Positions 7,601-16,860 of a stretch of DNA of 24,071 nucleotides are shown here, piece by piece. The first letter of the stretch is position 1, and every line of letters starts with the position of its first letter. Both the position numbers and the translations under genes were made by a program. The stretch spans positions 1-24,071 of the IMG/VR virus record IMGVR_UViG_3300027533_000089, one strand, 5' to 3'. The stretch comes from a virus. Its lineage: Duplodnaviria; Caudoviricetes. Under the pieces are notes generated by a model that saw only the letters and a program-made list of their open reading frames with translations, was not told where the DNA came from and ran no database searches.

Positions 7601-10545
7601 TCAACAGAAATCGCATCGGCTGTTACGATGATACCATAACCCGCGATAGCATTGATTTTGCCACCTGTGAAGGTTAAACCTGTTCCAGCGATTAGTGCAT
7701 CTACAGCCAATCCAGCAGTTTGATTAAGACCAGAATTGGCCGCAAGAACAAATCCGATATGAACATCGCTAACTAACGTCCCAGGAGCCGCAATCGTTAT
7801 AGCTGTGCTATCTGAAATAATAGCTCGTCCAGTTCGCACGACTGTCGTGTCAACCGACAATGTTCTATTTCCACCAAGATCACCACCACCCTGTAATCCA
7901 CTTCCCGGAAGCGTACCAATGGTTGTATACGAACGTGCAACTGTGCTATTGACCTTAAACTCTGTACCTGTTAGCGTCAGACCATCCCCTGCCGTAGCGA
8001 CCAATGTACCTGTGCCGCTGCCTGACAGCCCATTGATGGTGACGACACCCGTAGTGGGATTGATCTCGATGGAAGCTAACCCACCACGAAGTGTATTTCC
8101 TGCCTTGATCTTGAACGTGTTAGTTGTATGATCAATACCAGCCACGAACTGTTGTCCACCTGTTAACTTCCAGTGGAAAGATGCATCACCACTACCCGCT
8201 TGCTCCATCATCATGCCAGTAGTATCTAGCTGACCACCATCTTTTACATAAACATGGAAGTTGGTGCGTGCCGTAGAACCACTATCACCACCTACACGGA
8301 AGCGAGCACGTTGATCACCAAGCACATCGGGAGTAACATTGGTGATGTACTGCGCTCCCATTTCAATGACGCCACCTGTCAATCCATACCAACCGCCACC
8401 CTTGATGGCGATACTGCCCATATCGGCCCCACTGTCACCCACCGCGCGCAGGAAGATTGCCGACAGGTCAGTGCCGTAGGCGTCCAACTGTAACCTGCGA
8501 TCACTTGTGCCGCCCCATGTGCCAATCTTGGCAGTTGCAAAAATCGGAGCTAGATTGCCATCCGCAGGTAGGGAATCATACCAAGCAATGTTGCGAAGAT
8601 TGTTGGCAAACATCGCCGTATCGTTAAGGATTGACAGCCCATAAGTACGGGATAAAAAGGTAGAGATGATGGAAGCTTCGTAGAGACGGATGTCCGTATT
8701 GAAGAAACGTGCGCCAGCTACATCATCAATGGTTACACCACTGAAACCAAAGGCGGGAGTTAGACTCAAATCATTGCCAGCGGCAAACCCCCATCTAACG
8801 TTGGTAGCATAATCTACTGTGCCGCTAAGTCGCCCCATCTGTACTCTGGCTTTGAAGTTAGGAACTTGCGAAACAACAGAATCAAAGAGAGCGGTACGGA
8901 TGAACGGCCCACCACTCTCTGCTAGAGCAGACATTTCAATCATGCCTTGCCCAATTGCACCGAAATCCACCATCGTTTCGCCACGCTTCACAGCTTGATT
9001 GGTCGCACCACCATTTCTGCGAACCAGACGCCATTGCTGACGGGAAGGTATGTTGTTGGCCGCATCAGCATTTTGTCGTTGAAGATAATTTCCAACAGCT
9101 TGGAACCAGACCGAAGTAGCCAGATTAACACTGGTCATATCAACAGTACGTAGCTTGATCCAGTCGTTGGGTTGGAAAATAGATAGCGTTCCTAAGCCAG
9201 GAGCTTCTTCAAACCAGACATCTACATTTACTCCGATGGCTGGCATCGTGAAATCTTCTTGCACATCACCGTAAGAGTAGGCTAGGAACCATTCTCCACG
9301 TCGTACTCTAGCCTCGTCTGCCGTAAACTTACGCACAAAGATCTCATCAGCCTTGATAGCTGTGATGGTCAACATCATAGTATTGGCTGTGCCAGACGGC
9401 AGAGAGTAGTCCCAAATGCGGAAGCCCTTGATGCCACTCACGGAATCCAGCGCACCAACCATCTTTGATTCTTGGCTGGAAGGATAGGTAATCAGTGTGC
9501 CAGGATCAAAAACGAGCTCGGCAGCAGGTTTAAGAAATAGTGAATTAGTTGCAATAATATTATGATTTACTGCGCTTACAAAATCTATATCATTTTCTAT
9601 TTGAGGATCTGTGCGAAAGGTATGAAGCCCAGTCCATAAAAAGGCGGAATTCTGATTGACGGCAATAGTATCTGCAGCTACGCTGATCGTAGTATCTGAA
9701 GTCCCCACGCTCATGACTTTAGCAGCCGTGAGAGTCAGACCTGCACCTGCGATAGCTGAGTTCAGCGTGATGCCATTAACATCTACGATCAACCCGCTGT
9801 TGGTTGCAAGTTTTATGCGGATTTGTGTGCCAGAAAATTCTAATCCACCGTCTGACTTTAAATCAGCTATCAGAGTATTACCACTCAGACCAATACCATT
9901 GCCACGTCCAACTAGGACTTCACCAAGACCATTAAACTCAAGCGCACTTCCAGTAGGTTGTTGTCTGATGCTGATATTGGCCCCTGAAATCCCAATACCA
10001 TTCCCACCCGCATAAGCGGTTCCAGGCGGCAGAGAGCCAGGGATCAATTTGCTGATTGAAGCGTTCCAAACAGGGATTTCACCATTATCCCAACCTGACG
10101 CTTGCACATCAGTCAATCCCATGAAGGTAGTGCTACCACCTCCTGATGGAACAGCATTGACCCAGACAGCCCCATTATATCTAAGAATATTACCATTTAT
10201 GGGCGAAGTAATTGTAACATCCGTGAGATCAGCTAAAGCATCACTTCCACCAGTACCTTCAGTACCAGAGTAGAGTTCGGCTTCCCAAATTACTAGCTCA
10301 CCTTTTTCACGACGCATACGGATGAGTTGCCAGTTGGTTCGTGCCGTACCTACAGCATCACGAGCCATCGTGACACCCTGATCTCCAGCGAAGCCAGTCG
10401 TCACAACTACATATCCTGGTTTTCCTACAATATCAATGTTAGCATCTGCACCATTGTAGACGCCTAGACGACCTGCAATCCAATTGCGCTCGTTACCTTT
10501 TAACCAGATATCACTGAAAACTTTAGAAAGTTCATTTTCTAGCAT
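4693..10545 (-). CDS. Giant tail fibre / receptor-binding protein (1950 aa)
   Basis: Located after the tail-tip genes. Contains LADLTDV..GNILRYNGAVWVN linker motifs, AGxGLxGGGxL shaft repeats and GKVGIGTGTP / VGIATTTPQANLDVKG fibre motifs. Gly/Thr/Ala-rich. Confidence 0.85.
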   Translation of the reverse strand: MLENELSKVFSDIWLKGNERNWIAGRLGVYNGADANIDIVGKPGYVVVTTGFAGDQGVTMARDAVGTARTNWQLIRMRREKGELVIWEAELYSGTEGTGGSDALADLTDVTITSPINGNILRYNGAVWVNAVPSGGGSTTFMGLTDVQASGWDNGEIPVWNASISKLIPGSLPPGTAYAGGNGIGISGANISIRQQPTGSALEFNGLGEVLVGRGNGIGLSGNTLIADLKSDGGLEFSGTQIRIKLATNSGLIVDVNGITLNSAIAGAGLTLTAAKVMSVGTSDTTISVAADTIAVNQNSAFLWTGLHTFRTDPQIENDIDFVSAVNHNIIATNSLFLKPAAELVFDPGTLITYPSSQESKMVGALDSVSGIKGFRIWDYSLPSGTANTMMLTITAIKADEIFVRKFTADEARVRRGEWFLAYSYGDVQEDFTMPAIGVNVDVWFEEAPGLGTLSIFQPNDWIKLRTVDMTSVNLATSVWFQAVGNYLQRQNADAANNIPSRQQWRLVRRNGGATNQAVKRGETMVDFGAIGQGMIEMSALAESGGPFIRTALFDSVVSQVPNFKARVQMGRLSGTVDYATNVRWGFAAGNDLSLTPAFGFSGVTIDDVAGARFFNTDIRLYEASIISTFLSRTYGLSILNDTAMFANNLRNIAWYDSLPADGNLAPIFATAKIGTWGGTSDRRLQLDAYGTDLSAIFLRAVGDSGADMGSIAIKGGGWYGLTGGVIEMGAQYITNVTPDVLGDQRARFRVGGDSGSTARTNFHVYVKDGGQLDTTGMMMEQAGSGDASFHWKLTGGQQFVAGIDHTTNTFKIKAGNTLRGGLASIEINPTTGVVTINGLSGSGTGTLVATAGDGLTLTGTEFKVNSTVARSYTTIGTLPGSGLQGGGDLGGNRTLSVDTTVVRTGRAIISDSTAITIAAPGTLVSDVHIGFVLAANSGLNQTAGLAVDALIAGTGLTFTGGKINAIAGYGIIVTADAISVDPGILPILSSYVAGTGMTRSGTAPNFTFDVIAGNTSLTVGADSIILNDSYVLSTVMGQRQISPGAGLTGGGFLNATVLLALDNAYVLSNTLAGRSIIAGDGLLGTGTLNNNITIDFKGGTGLIVTADLVKLDDAYVISNILINRSVIAGDGLSGGGTLNNNVTLDVVAGDGSLTVSASAVIVNRAFAFDWTGAHTWGNTVAFGGAATFLANATFNATGIVQFNSTPQVNANLNFMIDAAITTTGVFNLNLAPGGDIILSPMGTDPDVLPRGSSVVDLGDYNRKWRSFYAAEMIVGNIVSADVMATVGGNVRVGPTSVLLAPFLIGATTIDLKHNSFAQYTYLILETVSGASSTAQTEVIRVTSVTPTTLTVGFRYTVTRNHNALGEKDWQAGDAVFSLGRIESNGYVDIASVDTVLGHIGPTVTVYARKADPTAGTISSQTWNNLRPVTAMGNLSSFAGVSGTKYGFAAANDLTLGPSTGLSGIVITSTGTELYNTAIRMTSGSNVTLSIEPSLGISLEATPASGSPFNKMNRIDWFTDLDTRDTALPLAFIQTTGKDVANDVTLALQAGSGDLPDKFDGIIILRANREDRRMMQLFVHSAFDVADTSTAGVTTWLIHAADSDGIQLNRATVIQGARNNETQLRVARVSTEASIMGNSDWLVMDGHRGASGPVGINFYSSGNVIIAYGGGKVGIGTGTPGVTEPYDRLSVEGNNALAVGASIINTGAGQAALVLRRTGTVPSRMAWYIPGGFDEIRMYAGTSAQDVMTINPYAVGIATTTPQANLDVKGVQMNSLPLSPNSTFNLHMIAATSSYQKFFQMMSAYNNGYFRLMYPVDNSYRADFAVNTSGLGLGAFYDPTSTALPFLFSGASFQFDAQAGKVLFLVKINVVASQTLLAGGTITRGAFLVGFGTSNAVSWPINNVIGPNGSFSQGIAGETYLFTASGGGLTVARQGGTATNTTIMAWIMYV

Positions 10546-10554
10546 GTGTTCCCC

Positions 10555-12471
10555 TTAACCTAGAACTGGAAGAGAAAGAGGTAAGGCACGAGGTCCTCTT
10601 GTTTCTTCCTCCCAGGTTACAACTACAGTACGAAGTAGACCTGTTTCTTGATAATCATATTGAATTACTATCTCAAGAACTTGACCAGGTTTATTCACGA
10701 TGCTAGTAGGTAGTTCACGTTCAGTTCTATTTATATCAGATATAGTCAGTAGCATCCATTTAGGATCAAATACATCCATAGCTTGATTAAACTTTTCCCA
10801 CGGAATTGTTACCAGAAAAGGCCCATATCGTCTATTTAAGTAAGCGAACCGATGCCCTTCAAATTCATACAGAGCTGCTTCCCCATTTACTAAACGATTG
10901 CTATTTTCAATCTCTTCTGTACCTTGCCCTCTAGCATCTCCAGGAGCTACGCAAGCAATGATGGGAATTGTATTCTTGCCAGCTACTACTACATAATTAC
11001 GAGTAGATTTAACAGCCATTGTACGAATTTGATTTACTCTAGGAGGTCTTGTGTACGAGTAGTGAATCTCAGTCCAACGACTGTCGTCGAAGAGACCCCA
11101 CTGATCTGCAGGATTAGCTGGATTAGGTCGGCTAGGATTAGGAGCTCCAACGCCATCTGTAGTAGCCTGGATTTGGGGATTTTCTATAATTCTCATCTGC
11201 CCTTGCCTAGAACAGACCAGCATATAATCTGGTTGTAGCATAGCGGCAAGATCATTGACCTGACTGTAAAGATTAGCCTGATCGCTACCTAAGATAATAA
11301 ATTCTAGACGAGCTAGGTCTGCCGCTCTGTCCACCAAGAAATCAGCTACTTCTAAAGCTGAAGAATGCCAGTATAAAAGATACCAAAGATAATACATCGC
11401 ATTAGGGAAATTAGTCTGCGTCCATTGTGTAGGTGCAGATTTATACTCCACAACCTGTGAAAATCCAGGTAATGTTTCTAGTCTTTTGCATACATCGAAG
11501 AAGACCATATGAGTTCCGTGCAATGTACCTGTTGATTCAGCACGGATATAGGCTTCATCTCTCTGATGCCAACCAATGAATTGGATGTTATGCCGTTGCG
11601 TTGCCGTCACAGGAATTGCGTCATCCCACAGCATCATTAAGCATCCATCGGGATATACATTTCTAGGCATAGCTTGTAGAAAGTCTATGGCAATTTCTTG
11701 CCCTGTCCTAGTTTGCATATGATTCACAATTTGGAAAGAAGTAATAGATTCATCGGCAAGAGAGTTAGGATCATGTATATAAACAGGAACTGCCATTATA
11801 TGCTCTTTGCCGAAATCCCCTCCCGTCACACGTAACTTAACGTATCTGAACCCTACAGTAAATCTAAGAGTAACCACAGCAGCATTAAGACCGCCAGATA
11901 CTACCACCCCATCTGCAGGATCCCAGGCATAAGAAGTAACAGTTGTCAGGGGAGGGGTAAGAGGAAGACTAAAAGCAAAACTCTTAGATCCATCCATCGT
12001 AACTGTATGATATCCACCTACAGCTGTCGCCGCAACACCAGTTCCTGCATTTGCTTTAGGGATAGGTTTTTCTACTCTGCCAAAAGCAGGATAATAGGTA
12101 TCTTTGTTGATGACGGCCCCAAGCATCCAAGGAATCTTAGCCCATACCCTAAATTCATCCCATACTGTTACATAGCAATTATCCGGAACGGTTGCTTGGC
12201 CGTCTTCAATACCTTGCGAATATCTAGACACAATCATCACATTAGTTGGAAAATCTACATCCATTTGGATGTAACGGATACGGCCCAACTCTGTACCCAA
12301 CGGAGCAGCTCCGAAGGTAACAGTCATCCCATTGATGAGCTGTGTATAATTTCCCAAAGTTACATTGTCAAAGACAATGCGATACTGTGGGTAGACAGCG
12401 GCATTTCCACCCCAATTTACCTGCGCTTGCATGATCGGTTTAGGTTTATGAAGATATAATCTAAGTGTCAT
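10555..12471 (-). CDS. Minor tail protein (tail tip/baseplate hub-like, 638 aa)
   Basis: Synteny TMP, small protein, this gene, fibre. A PKD/Ig-like segment is suggested by TVTMDGSKSF...VTSYAWD...VTLRF. Confidence 0.65.
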   Translation of the reverse strand: MTLRLYLHKPKPIMQAQVNWGGNAAVYPQYRIVFDNVTLGNYTQLINGMTVTFGAAPLGTELGRIRYIQMDVDFPTNVMIVSRYSQGIEDGQATVPDNCYVTVWDEFRVWAKIPWMLGAVINKDTYYPAFGRVEKPIPKANAGTGVAATAVGGYHTVTMDGSKSFAFSLPLTPPLTTVTSYAWDPADGVVVSGGLNAAVVTLRFTVGFRYVKLRVTGGDFGKEHIMAVPVYIHDPNSLADESITSFQIVNHMQTRTGQEIAIDFLQAMPRNVYPDGCLMMLWDDAIPVTATQRHNIQFIGWHQRDEAYIRAESTGTLHGTHMVFFDVCKRLETLPGFSQVVEYKSAPTQWTQTNFPNAMYYLWYLLYWHSSALEVADFLVDRAADLARLEFIILGSDQANLYSQVNDLAAMLQPDYMLVCSRQGQMRIIENPQIQATTDGVGAPNPSRPNPANPADQWGLFDDSRWTEIHYSYTRPPRVNQIRTMAVKSTRNYVVVAGKNTIPIIACVAPGDARGQGTEEIENSNRLVNGEAALYEFEGHRFAYLNRRYGPFLVTIPWEKFNQAMDVFDPKWMLLTISDINRTERELPTSIVNKPGQVLEIVIQYDYQETGLLRTVVVTWEEETRGPRALPLSLPVLG

Positions 12472-12473
12472 AT

Positions 12474-12851
12474 TTATGCGTCCGACAATTGTACTAAGTT
12501 ACAAATTCTGATAATAACACCACGAGCAAAGTAATTTTCCCAAGAAGCAGGTGGTCTTTGTGCTACACCATTATAGCGATGATAAGCATAAAGATCATCA
12601 CGAGTCCATATGGTGACGGCAGCAGACTTAGCTGTATGAAGACCTAATGGCGTCAGAACTGTTAAGAGCTGAGCTGCATCTTCTATCACACTGTAAGTCC
12701 ACTCTACATAAAGCCCCTGATCTAGAATACTACCATCTCCCATCAAAGTACGACGAGTAGCCAAAACGCCAGTACTCATAGGTTGAAGGGGTACTTTAAC
12801 CAGAGCAGCCGTAGCTCCATTGAATCCAGGCAAGACTTTATATTCACTCAT
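12474..12851 (-). CDS. Distal-tail-like small protein (125 aa)
   Basis: Directly follows the TMP with TAATG coupling. Size and position fit a Dit/gpM-like protein. Confidence 0.6.
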   Translation of the reverse strand: MSEYKVLPGFNGATAALVKVPLQPMSTGVLATRRTLMGDGSILDQGLYVEWTYSVIEDAAQLLTVLTPLGLHTAKSAAVTIWTRDDLYAYHRYNGVAQRPPASWENYFARGVIIRICNLVQLSDA

Positions 12852-15800
12852 TAGGCTACCTTCGCTACTTTCTTCAACACCGTTAGTAGACGAGATTCAA
12901 ACTCTTCCCCAAGTGCAGATACAGACTGTCCTGCCGAAGCATTGATTACGATTGCGCCTTCTTCAACTTTGATGCTAACAGCACCAGATTGTAATGTATT
13001 GCCCATCCCACTAATCATAGGAGCTTCTGCCGTCTTGCCTGTCCATACACCCATATCTACACCAGCAGCATTAACAAGACCTGAAGTTGTTGCCGGAGCA
13101 TCTGGCGATGACGGCAGCAAGTCCGTCTGGGGTTGTGGCATGAGAGGGATTGCAGTTTCAAGAGCATCTATCAATGGCCCCAGAGCAATGAGCTCATTAT
13201 TTAGATATCCAATACTAGCATCCAGTCTTGCTACTTCTTCAGGAGACGTAGATGGATCATTGCGCTTTAGAGACATCGCAGCTTTACGAGCTTCAATATC
13301 CAAATAGGCATCTTTCTTTAGAAATAGCTCATGTTCCTTAAGAGCAATGTTTCTAGCTCTACGATCAGCTTCCATCCATTGTCCATTTTGGAAACCGAGA
13401 TCAAGCATTTTCTGACGATGCTCTTCATCTAACTTATCTCGTTCTGCTTGCGCTTGCGTATTGATCTGCGTCATACGCAACCCATGAACTCTATCAAGTT
13501 CTAGAAGTTGATTGTTATGATGAGTGAAATCACGTTGCAAGCGAATCCCACGATCAATGTCTTCTTCAGTCATACGATCGATATGAGCTTGCTTCATCTC
13601 ATTCAATCGTTCAAGATCTTCAGCGGCAGTTTCATCTGCTCTTTCCTGCGCCGCTACTTTTTGATCTTCTAACTGTTGAGCATGGGCGGCATTCGCATCG
13701 GAGAGTCTAAGTTCGTGCGCTGCATTTTCTTCCGCAATTTGCTCAGCGAGGTTCTCAGTAATTTCAGTCTTACGCTTTTCTGCCGCTTTTTCATTTTCAG
13801 TAAGCTCTTCCTGAAGCCCTTCTTTTTCCTTAGCTATTTTAAGGTCAAGAGCTTCTTGCGCTTCCTTTTCTTCGCGAGCAAATTTCTTTTGCTCCCAGAA
13901 GATAGCAGCGGCATCTAGATGGGATGCAGCTTGCAAGATACTTTCGTTGTGCGCCTTCGCAGCTTTAGCCCTGTCCCTGCCGAACTCTTCTTCCATCTCC
14001 GTTAACTTCTCGGCAGAATCCTTTTTAGCATCTTCTTGCTTTTCAGCCAGATCTTCATCTACTTCTTCGATGTCATCAGCAGCATCTTCTTTAAGATCTT
14101 TTATTCTTAAGCCATGATCACGTTCCCACTTCTCTATATCTTGGGCATGATCGCGATTGGCTTTAGCAATGCTCTTACCTAAATCTTCCCAAATTTCTGC
14201 TATTTGTTCGGCAGAATCTGCTTGCGCTTTCGCAATATCTTTAGCAAATTCAGCTTCATCTCTAGCACGCTTGCGAGCAAAATCTTCAGCTTCTTCAGCT
14301 ACCTGTTGCTGATAATCTCGCTCTATATCTTTCCTACGATCAGAATACTCTTGATTCTCTTCTAGGATAGCCGCATTTGTTTCTGCTTCTATATTTCTGC
14401 GAGCAAGTGAAAAGCTACGAACTTCCGCTTCCTGATCATCTGATAATATATTTTTCTTAGGTTGGTCATCATATGTTCCACTACCAGGAGTAGGATCTTT
14501 ATAGCCACTTCGTCGCTGTTCAATGACGTTGATCACGGCCAGAGTTCTATTAGCTTTCCTAATCGTATCTCGAGCTTCTTCCAGTCCATCAGATATTCCC
14601 AATGCAGCTTCTATAGTTTTAGACATAGAAGACATAATAGAAGTATTAGCTTTGTATTGTAGAAGCAAAGCTTCTCTAGCTTGTGCGGCTGCTTTTGCCG
14701 CTTCAGCTTCATTGCGAGTAGTAGTTCCACCGCCCTTTTCACCATAATGAAGACCGCCTACAGGTGTAGGATATTCTGTATCGCCAGGATCTGTTTTCGC
14801 TAAACCTGTTGTAACCTGAGCTACCAAATCTAAGACCTGAGCTAATCTCTCAATCAAGCCATCCAATGGTCCTTTGATGACTAAAGAAAGAGCAAGACCA
14901 AAGTCACTCCATGCGGCAGCCATCTGCTCTACACCACTAGCTTGACCTTCGGTACTCTCAGCTAGTAAACCGTATCTATCTAGAGCTTGATCTAAAACAG
15001 CTTGCTGATAGGCTTGCTGCTTCGTCATAGTTCTATCAGATTCCATCAATTCTTCTTGCCGCCTACGCACATCATCGTATTGCAAGCCTAATTGATCAAG
15101 ACGTTGACCTCTTTGAGAAAAGAGTTCCAGGATAAGATTCTGCGTAACGTAATCAGCAGGTTCTCCGATGGATAGCGATATACCACGAATGGCTTTTGCG
15201 AATTGCTCTAGCTCTTGCTTTGAATCGGCAAACCCGACAGCCTGTAAGCGCACGACGCCAGCCATCTGCTTGCTCTTGGAGAGAGCTTCACCTGTAGCTT
15301 TATCATAAACTTCAAGAAGCTCATTAAGCTCTTCTTGGGTTCCAGCTAAAGTTTTACCAGCAAGATTCTGCCGTAAATAAGCATTGGACAGTTCATCGGC
15401 GGCAGCAATACCGCCTATGATAGCATTAGTTACAGCGGAAACACCTTGTACTAACGCTCCTCCGGCCAACCCACCCACAGCAGCACCAGCGACCGCACCG
15501 AGTCCACCACCCTTCCCCATTAAACCGCCAGCTACCTTGCCGATACCAGCGAGTGTACCACCGAAACCACCACCAGCGGCTTGCTTCGCAGCTTGAAATT
15601 GAAGTTTCAACTGAGCCATCGTAACTTGATGGTTTTGCTTAGAAGTTTGCATCGTAGCTTTAAGAGCTAGATTTTGCTGACCAGTTAATCCCATATACTT
15701 TTGATGAGCAGAAGTCAATTGCTGCATCGTAAGTTGATGATTTTGTTTAAGAATCTGAGTAGTACCCTTCATAGCTCCCATCTTTTGCTGATGAGATTGC

Positions 15801-16483
15801 GTATCTGCCATTGCTTGAACGGCGACAGCTTGAGTAGAAGCTTGGAAGGTCTGCTTAGACAACTGACCAGCGAGTTTAATATATCCTATCTTTTGCTGAT
15901 GGGCTTGAGTAACTTGCTTTGCATCTATATTATTTTCTTGAATTGTTAACTGATGATTTTGTCTCGACAGCTGACTGACGAGTCTAAGAGATCCCATCTT
16001 GCTATTATGGGCTTGAGTATCTTTCTTTATTTGCTGATCAACCAATTGAAAATTAGTTCTGAAGTTCTGCTGCGAAGTTTGATATCTAGTTCTAGAATTC
16101 TGCATGTACTTCGCATGGGCATTATCATCAGTTTTTATTTCAGCGGTTTTGTCTTTCATCCACTGAAGATGCTCTTGCCGTGAAGCTTGATTCTTACCTT
16201 GCGTCTTAGTTAAAGCTGTCTTCGCTTTGACGGTTTCAGTAGTAGCCTTCTGAGCTTCCTCTTTAGCTTTTTGGAAGGCAGTTCTAGCTTCAGCCCCCAT
16301 AATCCGCAAGCTAGCATTGACAGCGTCTAACGTCTTATCAAAGTTGACGACATCTTTTTCCATAGCGGCAGTAGCCGCCTTGATGACAGCTACAGCTTGA
16401 TTTATTCCTTTGACTACAAACTCAATCTCGGCAGAGACCTTTGGGCCGTCACTACCGCCACCACCACTAAGATCGTCGCTCAT
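12851..16483 (-). CDS. Tape measure protein (1210 aa)
   Basis: Long helical/coiled-coil protein after the chaperone genes, with a Gly/Ala-rich hydrophobic segment, an E/K/A-rich coiled coil and a C-terminal IVIN motif. Confidence 0.9.
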   Translation of the reverse strand: MSDDLSGGGGSDGPKVSAEIEFVVKGINQAVAVIKAATAAMEKDVVNFDKTLDAVNASLRIMGAEARTAFQKAKEEAQKATTETVKAKTALTKTQGKNQASRQEHLQWMKDKTAEIKTDDNAHAKYMQNSRTRYQTSQQNFRTNFQLVDQQIKKDTQAHNSKMGSLRLVSQLSRQNHQLTIQENNIDAKQVTQAHQQKIGYIKLAGQLSKQTFQASTQAVAVQAMADTQSHQQKMGAMKGTTQILKQNHQLTMQQLTSAHQKYMGLTGQQNLALKATMQTSKQNHQVTMAQLKLQFQAAKQAAGGGFGGTLAGIGKVAGGLMGKGGGLGAVAGAAVGGLAGGALVQGVSAVTNAIIGGIAAADELSNAYLRQNLAGKTLAGTQEELNELLEVYDKATGEALSKSKQMAGVVRLQAVGFADSKQELEQFAKAIRGISLSIGEPADYVTQNLILELFSQRGQRLDQLGLQYDDVRRRQEELMESDRTMTKQQAYQQAVLDQALDRYGLLAESTEGQASGVEQMAAAWSDFGLALSLVIKGPLDGLIERLAQVLDLVAQVTTGLAKTDPGDTEYPTPVGGLHYGEKGGGTTTRNEAEAAKAAAQAREALLLQYKANTSIMSSMSKTIEAALGISDGLEEARDTIRKANRTLAVINVIEQRRSGYKDPTPGSGTYDDQPKKNILSDDQEAEVRSFSLARRNIEAETNAAILEENQEYSDRRKDIERDYQQQVAEEAEDFARKRARDEAEFAKDIAKAQADSAEQIAEIWEDLGKSIAKANRDHAQDIEKWERDHGLRIKDLKEDAADDIEEVDEDLAEKQEDAKKDSAEKLTEMEEEFGRDRAKAAKAHNESILQAASHLDAAAIFWEQKKFAREEKEAQEALDLKIAKEKEGLQEELTENEKAAEKRKTEITENLAEQIAEENAAHELRLSDANAAHAQQLEDQKVAAQERADETAAEDLERLNEMKQAHIDRMTEEDIDRGIRLQRDFTHHNNQLLELDRVHGLRMTQINTQAQAERDKLDEEHRQKMLDLGFQNGQWMEADRRARNIALKEHELFLKKDAYLDIEARKAAMSLKRNDPSTSPEEVARLDASIGYLNNELIALGPLIDALETAIPLMPQPQTDLLPSSPDAPATTSGLVNAAGVDMGVWTGKTAEAPMISGMGNTLQSGAVSIKVEEGAIVINASAGQSVSALGEEFESRLLTVLKKVAKVA

Positions 16484-16860
16484 GGCTCGTCTGGTTTATA
16501 CTCCCATCTTCTGATGCCCCTAGTGCCTTGCTCTGCGGCTGCTAGGATTTGAGCAATACCATGTGCTGCGAAGTTACCGAATTCTGTTGGCTTCTTCTTG
16601 GGTCTTTCATAGGGCAACTTAAAATCCTGGGAAAGTAATTGCATGAGCGTATACTTCCTTTCCCATTTTGGTTGCGTAGGAGAACCGTTATTTACTTCTT
16701 CCTGTGCAGCGTTCTCGATCACACGACCAAACGTTGTGACGGCAGCATCGAACAGATAAGCGGCAAGCCGATCTTCAACACAAAGAAGATCAGAGGGACG
16801 GCTGTGGCTCGCTGATGCCGTTTGATACAACGTCCACATCTGCTGGCGATCCCGGACGAA
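16480..16860 (-). CDS. Tail assembly chaperone, second (gpT-like) segment, probably reached by frameshift
   Basis: Overlaps the end of the upstream chaperone and abuts the TMP with ATGA overlap. The in-frame ATG at 16839 has only a weak SD. Confidence 0.65.
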   Translation of the reverse strand, partial: FVRDRQQMWTLYQTASASHSRPSDLLCVEDRLAAYLFDAAVTTFGRVIENAAQEEVNNGSPTQPKWERKYTLMQLLSQDFKLPYERPKKKPTEFGNFAAHGIAQILAAAEQGTRGIRRWEYKPDEP

